The notes under the pieces: model-generated | What the model saw: the letters and a program-made list of their open reading frames with translations, nothing else | Database searches by the model: none | Told to the model about the DNA's origin: nothing | Translations under genes and position numbers: made by a program | In this document: piece by piece, positions 29,198-38,400 of the stretch | Numbering within the stretch: position 1 is the first letter of the stretch | How the letters are laid out: each line of letters starts with the position of its first letter | Assembly: GCA_963693055.1 (NCBI GenBank) | Contig: OY843751.1 | Location: 800,001-864,000 of the forward strand | Source of the DNA: a bacterium | GTDB lineage: Bacteria; Zhuqueibacterota; Zhuqueibacteria; Residuimicrobiales; Krinioviventaceae | Direction of reading: 5' to 3' | Length of the DNA: 64,000 bases

Positions 29198-30547
29198 TTA
29201 ATGAATATTCAAGAGTTCAGAAACCGTAACCAGTTCGTAGCCGCGGGTTTGCAGGCTGTCTATCAGGGCAGGCAGCATGTGGTGTACCTGATTGTCTTTG
29301 CGCTGGGTATCCAGGTGCATTAATATAATACCGCCATTTAAACCGGATTCTTTGTCGTTATTGAAATTGAGAATTTTATCAAGCACCTGTTCCGGGGTTT
29401 TGTAGATAGAAGAGGTCGAGTCTGTGACCCAGTCGTGTGTGTCAAGGTTTTCTCCGCGACCAACAGTCCAGCCAATCTGCCGGTATCCTAATTCAGATGC
29501 CCATCTGCGAATTTCCAGATTATGCTCTCCGTAAGGAGCGCGCCAGAAACCTGTCATCTTTTCGCCGGTGATTTTATGAAAAAGGTCGGTCGTTTTTACA
29601 AGTTCTTCCTGAACTGTTTTGCGATCAACTCCTTTGGTTGTGATTTGCTGGCGATTATCGGTAAAGGTTGTCAAATGTGGGTGGCTCCAGGTGTGGTTGG
29701 CTATTTCGTGCCCGTCTTTTACCATTCGCTTGACCAATTCGGGATAATGCTTTAAATACGTACCGGTAAGAAATATGGTGCATTTCAGGTTCTTGTCCTG
29801 CAAGTAATTCAGAATTTCTTCCGAAGCCCCATTACCTGCGCCGCCATCAAAGGTTAATGCTATTTTGGGAATGTTTCTGCTACCGCGGGTAAAGTCCCGA
29901 GCCAGATAGTCAAGACGGGGAGGGCCGTAAAAGGTCACCATTTTCTGCAAGACCATGGCATTGCCATGCGAGTCTAGCCCTTGCACAATAATCTCGTTTG
30001 AACCGTAATCAAGTTTAATATTTTCAAAAATGAATTTATTGTTTTCCGGCAGAGTTACAGAACTGATCTTGCCGTTTACTTTGAGGCTGATGATTATGCT
30101 GTCAGCAGCTTCGCCTGCAATATCAACAGTGCTGGTGAGCACCATGGCATCGGGAGCTTGTAATACTCCGGATTCTACAGCGGGCAGCATTCCTGTGGAA
30201 ATTAAACTTTTTTGCTGTTCCGTACGGAGCAGCTTGATCTCTTGTGATAAATTATGAATTGACAGGTATAAAACGATAAAAATTGATAAAATAACAAGAT
30301 TGAAAATTAGTTTTACAGGACGAAAATGGATATGTGGAAAGAGTGATGTTCTGCGCTCGGATGCTGTTTTGGGTTTTATTTTAATCAGCGCAAGAAAGGC
30401 ATGAAACAATGCGGTTGAAAAGCATTTCAGGCTGCAAAAAGTGCGGCCCAGGAATTCAAACTGACATTCACTGCAAACATAATTGTCGCAATGATGGCAT
30501 TTTTTGCGTGTCTTTCTGTCCGGATGGTTTTTGCAATAATGGTCCAT
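29198..30547 (-). CDS. Membrane-anchored CE4/NodB polysaccharide deacetylase with N-terminal B-box-like Cys/His finger
   Basis: CKNHP...CHHCDNYVCSEC...FCSLKC; TM helix; LTFDGG, NHTWSHP, RAPYG, DTHDW, LMH. Confidence 0.85.
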   Translation of the reverse strand: MDHYCKNHPDRKTRKKCHHCDNYVCSECQFEFLGRTFCSLKCFSTALFHAFLALIKIKPKTASERRTSLFPHIHFRPVKLIFNLVILSIFIVLYLSIHNLSQEIKLLRTEQQKSLISTGMLPAVESGVLQAPDAMVLTSTVDIAGEAADSIIISLKVNGKISSVTLPENNKFIFENIKLDYGSNEIIVQGLDSHGNAMVLQKMVTFYGPPRLDYLARDFTRGSRNIPKIALTFDGGAGNGASEEILNYLQDKNLKCTIFLTGTYLKHYPELVKRMVKDGHEIANHTWSHPHLTTFTDNRQQITTKGVDRKTVQEELVKTTDLFHKITGEKMTGFWRAPYGEHNLEIRRWASELGYRQIGWTVGRGENLDTHDWVTDSTSSIYKTPEQVLDKILNFNNDKESGLNGGIILMHLDTQRKDNQVHHMLPALIDSLQTRGYELVTVSELLNIH

Positions 30548-30718
30548 AACTCAAGGTATCCTGTTATCATTGTTGAAAAAAATAGCGAAATTTTTTGCAA
30601 GAAAAAAGTCCTTTTTTTGGTTTAGAATATATACAGGAAAAGAGCAGTCAATGCAAAATAAATGATTTGAAAAGTGCCAGAATATCCATATAATAAAAGA
30701 ATTATTTTGAGGCAAACT

Positions 30719-31567
30719 ATGAAACAAAAGGTTCGTAAAGCCGCCTGGAGCGGTCAGTTTTATCCTGCTCCCCCTGCTGTATTAGAATCTATGATTCAGG
30801 GCTTTCTGGACAAGGTGACCGTTCAAGATAATGAATTAAAACCCATAGGTATAATTGCCCCGCACGCGGGATACGCATATTCCGGGCAAACGGCAGCAGC
30901 AGCCTTTGCTTATCTTCAAGATCAAGAGTATGATACTGTAATTGTTATCGCCCCTAGTCATGCCGAACTGATTGTCGGCGTATCTGTTTTTGATGGCGAC
31001 AGTTATTCAACTCCTTTTGGAAGTATTCCGGTGAATACAACGCTCGCAAGAGAAATTTGCAAGCATAGCAACCGGTTAAACTATACGTCAATTGGGCATA
31101 GTAAATACACAAAGCGGCCCGAGCATGCATTAGAAGTACAATTGCCGTTTTTGCAGTATTTTTTAAAAGATACGTTTTCCATTGTGCCCATTGTTTTCCA
31201 TGATTATGAATGGCAACTGTGCAGCGAACTTGGAACGGCAATCGCAGAATCGATTTCAGATGTGCATAAAGTACTTTTGGTTGCAAGTACTGATCTGTAT
31301 CATGGTTATTCTTATGACGAATGTAAAAGAGTGGACAATATGACGGTTCATGCAATTGAGGACTTTGATCCACAGTCTTTTATTCAGGGAATACATGATG
31401 ATATTTATCAGGCTTGTGGATCTGGCCCTGTTGCAGCTGTTCAGGTGGCAGCAAAAGCTATGGGGGCCAATAGTGTCAGATTAATTGATCAGACTACTTC
31501 AGCGGATCAGACAGGTATAAGAGGTGATTGGACTGTTGGATACGTTTCGGCATTGATTACCGAATAG
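30719..31567 (+). CDS. amrB: AmmeMemoRadiSam system protein B (MEMO1 family)
   Basis: GQFYP, PHAGYAYSG, APSH, EHALEVQLPFLQ, ASTDLYH, ACGSGP, VGY. ATG 30719 preferred over GTG 30674. Confidence 0.9.
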   Translation: MKQKVRKAAWSGQFYPAPPAVLESMIQGFLDKVTVQDNELKPIGIIAPHAGYAYSGQTAAAAFAYLQDQEYDTVIVIAPSHAELIVGVSVFDGDSYSTPFGSIPVNTTLAREICKHSNRLNYTSIGHSKYTKRPEHALEVQLPFLQYFLKDTFSIVPIVFHDYEWQLCSELGTAIAESISDVHKVLLVASTDLYHGYSYDECKRVDNMTVHAIEDFDPQSFIQGIHDDIYQACGSGPVAAVQVAAKAMGANSVRLIDQTTSADQTGIRGDWTVGYVSALITE

Positions 31568-31574
31568 GAGAAAC

Positions 31575-32462
31575 ATGGCAGAAGAAAAAATTGCAATTAT
31601 TGGAACAGGAAGAGTAGGTACAGCGTTAACCAAAGCCCTGTATGAAACAGGCTTTAATATATCTGTAGTATATGATCATGATTTTGAAAAGGCGAATGAA
31701 TGTGCAGGATTATGTGAAAACAGACCACAAGTGGTGCCGTTTGAGCAGTTTCCTGATGATTTGAGCTTGATATTTTTTACCGTTATGGATGATAAACTTG
31801 CCGGGCTCATCAAAGAGGTTGCTACTAAAATCAAAGTTTCCGATCAAACAATTGTAACCCATTGTTCAGGAGCGTACAGTTCTCAATTGCTTGAACCCTT
31901 TGCTGACCATACATCTCATTTAGCATCAATACATCCGGTGCAGAGTTTTCCCGGTACTCAGGATGATTGGAAACGCCTGTTTGGTATCTATTTTGGCCTC
32001 GAAGGTGAAGAAGCGGCATTAACTCGATTGAAAAAAATTGCAAATATTTTGCAAAGTCGTTTTGTTGTGATACCCACCGAGAAAAAGGTGCTTTACCATC
32101 TGGGTTGTGTAATGGCTTCAAACTATCTTGTATCTCTGATCTCCGGCGCTTTGGATGTAATGGACAATGTTGGTTTTACACCTGAAGATGCGTTCAAGAT
32201 CATTCAACCACTGGTATCGAACACATTTGAAAATATAAAGCGGGATGGCCCTTCAAAAGCGGCTACCGGCCCCATTCCTCGTGGAGATATTGGAACTGTT
32301 AAACAGCATGTCCAAAATTTAGAGCAATTTCAACCTGAAATGTTGGAGATCTATACAGCTCTGGGTAAACAGCTGGTAAAAACAGTTTATGATTTGCCAA
32401 ACAGCGACAAAGCGACGCTGGATTCTATTAATGCATACCTGGATGATAGTAAAAAGAAATGA
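31575..32462 (+). CDS. Rossmann-like/DUF2520 domain oxidoreductase (PanG-like)
   Basis: IIGTGRVG, HCSGA, HPVQSF, YH...MASNY, TGPIPRGD. Confidence 0.88.
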   Translation: MAEEKIAIIGTGRVGTALTKALYETGFNISVVYDHDFEKANECAGLCENRPQVVPFEQFPDDLSLIFFTVMDDKLAGLIKEVATKIKVSDQTIVTHCSGAYSSQLLEPFADHTSHLASIHPVQSFPGTQDDWKRLFGIYFGLEGEEAALTRLKKIANILQSRFVVIPTEKKVLYHLGCVMASNYLVSLISGALDVMDNVGFTPEDAFKIIQPLVSNTFENIKRDGPSKAATGPIPRGDIGTVKQHVQNLEQFQPEMLEIYTALGKQLVKTVYDLPNSDKATLDSINAYLDDSKKK

Positions 32463-33319
32463 GTTTTTGTTTAGAATTTAAGAATGTTTTTTTTCAATAC
32501 ACCGGCATAGGTGGATCCGATCGAAACATATTGCATGATATCTCTTTGAGCATTGAAAAGCCCGAATGTATTGCATTGGTTGGCCCAAGCGGTTCAGGAA
32601 AAACTACCCTGGTGCAGCATTTTACGGGTCTTTTAAAGCCAGTAAGGGGTAGTATTAATTTTAACGGACGCAATATATGGGAAAAACCACATCAGTTTAC
32701 GGCATTGCGTCAAAAAATCGGATTGGTCTTTCAATTCCCTGAATCACAATTGTTTGAGGAAACGGTTTTTAAAGATATTGCTTTTGGTCCTGAAAAGCTG
32801 GGCGTGCCTAAAGATGAAATCTCTGAACGCATCCACTCGGCAATGAAAGCTGTGGGCCTGTCTTTTGATGATTTTGCAGAAAGATCGCCATTCAAACTGA
32901 GTGAGGGAGAAAAGCGTCGAGTTGCTATTGCCGGTATTCTGGCTATGCAGCCCGAGATGGTTGTTATGGACGAGCCAACTGCAGGGCTGGATCCGCGAGG
33001 CGTGCGTCAGATTATTTCTATCATTGATTCACTTGTTGACTCTGGAATTGCTGTTGTATTAATTACACACAACATGGAGCTTGTTGCAAGGCTTGCCCAG
33101 AGGGTTATTGTGTTGAGAGATGGAGTAATCGTTTGGGATAATAGTCCAAAGTTATTGTTTGATAATGCCGATATACTGGCACAAACTCACCTGGAAGTAC
33201 CTGATACTGTTAAATTGTTAAAAAATCACCAGAGCCTGCTGAATATTGATATCAATTCCCCACCACTTGAAATCCTGCTGTCGGATTATGTCAAAACTTT
33301 TAAAAATATTTACTCCTGA
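32459..33319 (+). CDS. ECF transporter ATPase (EcfA2/CbiO-like)
   Basis: GPSGSGKTT, VFQFPESQLFEETV, PFKLSEGEKRRVAIAG, DEPTAGLD. Confidence 0.9.
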   Translation: MSFCLEFKNVFFQYTGIGGSDRNILHDISLSIEKPECIALVGPSGSGKTTLVQHFTGLLKPVRGSINFNGRNIWEKPHQFTALRQKIGLVFQFPESQLFEETVFKDIAFGPEKLGVPKDEISERIHSAMKAVGLSFDDFAERSPFKLSEGEKRRVAIAGILAMQPEMVVMDEPTAGLDPRGVRQIISIIDSLVDSGIAVVLITHNMELVARLAQRVIVLRDGVIVWDNSPKLLFDNADILAQTHLEVPDTVKLLKNHQSLLNIDINSPPLEILLSDYVKTFKNIYS

Positions 33320-33324
33320 AAGAG

Positions 33325-33361
33325 TGTTCAGGCATAATACAGACTGTTCAGTTGTTAAACA
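33325..33361. promoter_or_regulatory. Tandem TGT-N11-ACA elements (candidate bEBP enhancer)
   Basis: TGTTCAggcatAATACA (33325) and TGTTCAgttgtTAAACA (33345), 20 bp apart, ~150 bp upstream of the sigma54 box. Confidence 0.5.
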
Positions 33362-33390
33362 TATGTTGATGATTATGATTAAAAAACCTT

Positions 33391-33408
33391 AATTACGAAA
33401 AAGTAATT
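33391..33408. promoter_or_regulatory. Palindrome AATTAC-N6-GTAATT (copy 1)
   Basis: AATTACgaaaaaGTAATT; the same motif recurs twice at 35302-35338. Confidence 0.55.
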
Positions 33409-33490
33409 GAGGCATCGTTAATGACTATAAATACATAACTTATGTTTGAATGGTTTGTTGTTTTTTAAAGGGTTATGAGGTGAGGATTTG

Positions 33491-33506
33491 TGGCAAACTA
33501 TTTGCA
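33491..33506 (+). promoter_or_regulatory. Putative sigma54 (-24/-12) promoter
   Basis: TGGCAAACTATTTGCA with exact GG-N10-GC spacing, just upstream of SD GGAGGTG (33534) and ATG 33552. Confidence 0.72.
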
Positions 33507-33551
33507 CATGAACCATAGATGACTATGGAAAATGGAGGTGATTTACAGAAC

Positions 33552-34640
33552 ATGAATAACATCGGAGAGATTGAAGTATACAACCTGACAGATGTGGATT
33601 TTGATCATTTGGATACCATGTCAGTATCCACGCATGGATTGACAGGATTTGAGATGTATTATCCCAAAGTCAGCAAGAATCCTGAAATTAAAAAGATCTA
33701 CGAGTTGATCAAAAAAGTTGCCAAGAGTAATGCATCTGTTTTAATTCAAGGCGAAACCGGTACCGGTAAAGAATTAATAGCCGGTTCCATACAGGCGCAA
33801 AGCCTGCGTGCTAATAAACCTTTTGTCACTGTCAACTGTGCAGCATTGCATGAGAATTTGTTAGAGAGTGAATTGTTTGGTCACGAAAAAGGTGCTTTCA
33901 CCGGTGCTATTTCATCGCATTCCGGCAAGTTTGAGCAAGCAGATGGTGGAACACTTTTTCTGGACGAAATAGGAGATATGCATCCGTCAACACAAGCCAA
34001 GATCCTTAGGGTTTTGCAAGAGCAGACTTTTAATCGTATTGGCAGCAGTAAAATGATCAAGGTGGATGTTCGTATTATTGCGGCTACCAACAAGGACTTG
34101 TGGCAGGATATTGAAGACGGAAAATTCAGAGCTGATCTTTATTATCGTTTAAATGTTGTGCCCATGTATATACCCGCATTGCGTGAAAGACGTGAAGATA
34201 TACCCATGCTTGCGGAATATTTTAGACATAAATTTTCAAATGAAATCAAGAAAAATGTAGGACCTTTTACCGCAGAAGCTATTGATATTCTAAGAGAGCA
34301 TAGTTGGACCGGTAATATCAGAGAATTGCGCAATATTTTAGAACGCGCAGCCCTTGTTGTGCCTGAAGGAAGAGCAATTACTGCAGAGATATTGGGCATG
34401 TCTGGTAAAGATTATTTTGGTTCAGGTGGTATTGAACGCAGACAAGCAGAACGTACCGGTACCAATTTTAAATCGCTGAATCTGGAAGAAATAGAAAAAG
34501 AAGCTATTATTGTTGCGCTGCAACGTACCAGATGGGTACAAAAAGAGGCTGCAGCAATGTTGGGTATTTCACCCAGAGCTTTAAATTATAAAATTTCTCA
34601 ACACAATATAACACATCACGGATGGAGAAAACACAGCTAA
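33552..34640 (+). CDS. Sigma54-interacting activator (AAA+ and Fis HTH) lacking an N-terminal sensory domain
   Basis: GETGTGKE, GAFTGA, LFLDEIG, FRADLYYRL, WTGNIREL, HTH LGISPRALNYK. Only ~40 aa precede the AAA+ core (ORF track start 33519). Confidence 0.93.
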   Translation: MNNIGEIEVYNLTDVDFDHLDTMSVSTHGLTGFEMYYPKVSKNPEIKKIYELIKKVAKSNASVLIQGETGTGKELIAGSIQAQSLRANKPFVTVNCAALHENLLESELFGHEKGAFTGAISSHSGKFEQADGGTLFLDEIGDMHPSTQAKILRVLQEQTFNRIGSSKMIKVDVRIIAATNKDLWQDIEDGKFRADLYYRLNVVPMYIPALRERREDIPMLAEYFRHKFSNEIKKNVGPFTAEAIDILREHSWTGNIRELRNILERAALVVPEGRAITAEILGMSGKDYFGSGGIERRQAERTGTNFKSLNLEEIEKEAIIVALQRTRWVQKEAAAMLGISPRALNYKISQHNITHHGWRKHS

Positions 34641-34673
34641 CGGAAGAAACGGATACGAGAAAATTGAAATTTT

Positions 34674-35288
34674 ATGATCACTAGAAAAAATTTTTTTGTT
34701 ATATATAAACTCATCATTACAATTATATGCTCTTTGGCCTTAATCTCCCCGGTATTGAGTCAGAGTGTTTCTCTGACTGTATCCTGGAACCAAAATTCAG
34801 AAGACGATATTTTCGGTTACAAGGTTTACTGGGGGACGCGTCATCAACAGTATGACCATCACAAATGGGTGTCTGAGAATAATACCACACTCGAAGATTT
34901 GAGAAGTGGATTGCGTTACTATGTTGTGGTAACGGCAGTCGATTACTGGGGTAATGAAAGTGCCTTTTCAGATGAAGTTTCTCAAATCGCCGGTAGTACC
35001 GAGGTGCCCGCGTATCTTGTCTTGGAGACCAATTATCCCAATCCATTCAATCATGATACTGCAATCGAGTTTTCTATTCCCGAGCGGACGAATGTTAATA
35101 TTCATATTTTCAACCGAATTGGGCAATTGGTAAAAGATATGCGAATTGGGCCTTTGGACAGCGGCAGACATGTACGATTTTGGGACGGGTTGGATGACCA
35201 GGGAAACAGGGTATCGTCAGGAATTTATTATTATCAATTACGATCAGGATCGGAATCGATAACAAAAAAAATGTCTCTGGTGCGATAA
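34674..35288 (+). CDS. Small secreted protein: one FN3 domain plus FlgD-Ig/T9SS-type CTD
   Basis: Signal peptide; W.QNSEDDIFGYKVYWG...TAVDYWGNES; NYPNPFN...WDGLD...SSGIYYY. Confidence 0.85.
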   Translation: MITRKNFFVIYKLIITIICSLALISPVLSQSVSLTVSWNQNSEDDIFGYKVYWGTRHQQYDHHKWVSENNTTLEDLRSGLRYYVVVTAVDYWGNESAFSDEVSQIAGSTEVPAYLVLETNYPNPFNHDTAIEFSIPERTNVNIHIFNRIGQLVKDMRIGPLDSGRHVRFWDGLDDQGNRVSSGIYYYQLRSGSESITKKMSLVR

Positions 35289-35301
35289 TGGGAAATGCAG
35301 C

Positions 35302-35338
35302 GATTACGCAGGCGTAATTAAATTACTTTTTTGTAATT
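35302..35338. promoter_or_regulatory. Tandem ATTAC-N6-GTAAT palindromes (copies 2 and 3)
   Basis: gATTACgcaggcGTAATt and AATTACttttttGTAATT, 19 bp apart, ~100 bp upstream of the 1242-aa gene. Confidence 0.55.
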
Positions 35339-35436
35339 AGGTGTTGCAGTGTTTCCGCAAATCCTGAAAAATTTACTACTTTTTTTACATGTTTTCTGGA
35401 TTTTTTTCCAATACTTGGTAATGAGATGAGGTTTTT

Positions 35437-38400
35437 ATGTATATATATATGGGGTATTTCAAGGCTTTATGTTTTGCGGTCCTGCTTTTCATTAGCCCAC
35501 TTTTGGCAATTGACCTGCAATTGAACTGGTACGAAAATACAGAACCTGATCTGGCTGGGTATACCATTTACTTTGGCAACCACAGCCGATTGTACGATCA
35601 AAAGGTTTCTACAGGCCTGGTAAGCAGTTACGTATTGAAGGACCTTGAAGAAAAGGTAGAGTATTATTTTGCAATAACAGCCTTTGATACTGCCGGTAAC
35701 GAGAGCGCTTATTCTGCAGAATCTATGTGTATATTAAATGACACAACCCCCCTCAAGATCGATTCAATAAACGTATTGAGCCTGAATGATTTAGAAGTCG
35801 TTTTTAATAAAAAAATTACTGCGCAAACCGCTCAGCAAATAGAGAATTATTTCATAACGCCGGATATTGATATTCAAAAAGCTGTACTCCAGACCGATGC
35901 GAAAAGTGTTCGACTGGTTACTGGTGAGCATGCTTTTGAGACCACATATCAACTGTCTGTTGATAATATTTCTGACATTGCGCTTCCTGCCAATACATTG
36001 TCTGAAACACAATTTAATTATATGGTTGACGCTCAGCAAATTGATCATATACCGCCGGTTGTTGCATCTGTTGAGCCATTGACAAACAATTCAATACTTG
36101 TCTATTTTGATGAACCTATTAACGCAAACCTGGATAGTACTCAATTTTCTACAAGTCCTGATATTGCGGTGCTGTCATTTGAACAAATATCAGCCAATGT
36201 TATTAAATTGCAGACGGCTCCACATCAACAGAACGTGGTTTATACATTAAATGTGAAAAATGTTTCCGATAATTCAGTGAATGTAAACACCATCCCCGAT
36301 GACAGTCGCTGCAGTTATTCCATTATAGCTGAATCTACAAATGCCCCCATAGTTGAACTGTGGGATGTGCCTGAAAAAGATCATGTGCAGTTGATGTTTA
36401 ATTCTGCTCCTGGAATCTTGGATGAAAACGATTTTGTGATTCCCGGAATAACGATCCATAATGTTTCCCTGGATTCAAGCGGCAGAATGTTGAATCTGTT
36501 TACATCCAATCACAAGGTTGGAGAGATATATAAACTTGAATATATGGGCAATTCTCAATCTATTGTAGAGCCATTTACAATGCACTATGAATATACTACC
36601 CCTGACACTCTGGCGCCTGTTTTACAAAAGATACGATTTTTGAATGATTCGGAAATCTGTTTACATTTTTCCGGCTCGCTTGAAGAAAGCGGTGCACTGG
36701 ATATTCAGAATTATGTTATTGATAATGGTATTAGTGTTTTGAATGCCGAGTTGTCTTTTTACAAGAACATTGTAACGCTTGAAACCACCCCCCATACGGT
36801 GAATTCAGATTATTCAATACAGCTGTACGGAATTGTAGATAATACATACCGTCATAACCGGATTGATTCAACCCGAATTTTTAATTATACTTTTTCAGAT
36901 ACAAAATATCCCCGTATTACAAAGATCGTCCAGATCGATTCGGTAATGATTGATGTTTATTTTAATGATCGACTTGATCCGGTAACTGCACAAGCTAAAT
37001 CTAATTACAGTTATGACGATACAGAGATGCAAATATATGCAGTTCAGCTAAGTAATGATGGTACTATTGTTCGTCTTGAGACGTTGCCACATAAAGAAGG
37101 TAAAATTTATTCGCTGCAAACACAAAATATCTTGTTTTTTGATAACAGCATAATTCCAGCCGGGTACAAGAGTGTTTATCGTTATGAATTTTTTGACAAA
37201 GATGTTACAGGACCGGTAATCCGTACCATTCGCGCCAAAGATGAAGAAAATCTCTATGTGCTGTTTAGTGAAGCCTTGGATAAAACCTCGGCGCAGGATG
37301 TAAGGAATTATGCTATATCCGATGGCATTCAAGTGTTGAGTGCAGCACTGAATGCAGAAAGAGATTTAGTGCATCTGGAGACCAGCTCGCATGACAAAAA
37401 ACAAAACTATACGCTTCAAGTTGAGAACATTTGTGATTCAAGCATGACCATGAATGTTTGTCCCGATGAGCATTCTTTTATTTATTCCATCGATCTTCCC
37501 GATGAACAGCCACCCTACATTAAACAAATTAAGGTGCTAGCATCGGATAAAATTGTAGTATTGTTTAATGAACCGGTAGCAGGTGCGAATGTAACTCAAG
37601 CCAGAAATTACTATATCGATCATGATATAGATGTAACGGATGTCAGTACCTCTTTATTGTCCAATCGTGTTGAGCTTACCACAACATTGATGGAACCCAA
37701 AGTTTATCAATTATATGTAAACAATATTGCAGACAGGTTCGGAAATATTCCAGAGGGTAACCCTTACTTTTATTTCAGTTATAGTGGAATGTCTACCAGT
37801 TTACAGGTTACGAATGTAGAACCTTTAACATCAAGCGAGTTGCTTGTAACATTTTCTCATGATCTGGAATCCTCAAGTGCTGCAAATGTTAACAATTATG
37901 CTATTGATCAGGGTATTCAAATTTTATCCGCCCGAATGGATGAAAATGAAAATCAGGTTGTTTTAACAACGAGCGATCATGTTTTAGAGGCTGAATATTT
38001 GTTGACAGTAGAGAATGTAACGTCAAAACAGGGCAAACGTACAGCGGATAAAGATTACACCCGCTTTCAGTATTATTTTTGTTCCGGTTATTCCGGCAAG
38101 CTTGCAATTCTATCAGTATCTTTGATGACGCCTGAACAGATTGAATTAAAATTTGATCAAAAAGTTAATTGGCAATCTGCTGAAAATATTGCCAATTATA
38201 AAATTGAGCCATTTGTAGAACTCGAGACGGTTACCCTTGCTGATGATGATCAAACGGTTATACTGTCAAGTAATCAGCATTTTCAGGCAATACCATATAC
38301 TCTCAGGGTTTCAGATGTAGTGCCTGTTGATGATTCTATTGAAACGAGTGATAGCTATTATGGTGTTTACCATTATCTTTCACTGCTGGATGTATTGTTG

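Noticed and set aside
35504-35519. Sigma54-like TGGCAATTGACCTGCA
   Set aside because: Correct spacing, but it lies inside the coding sequence at the signal-peptide junction and has CTGC at -12; likely chance.
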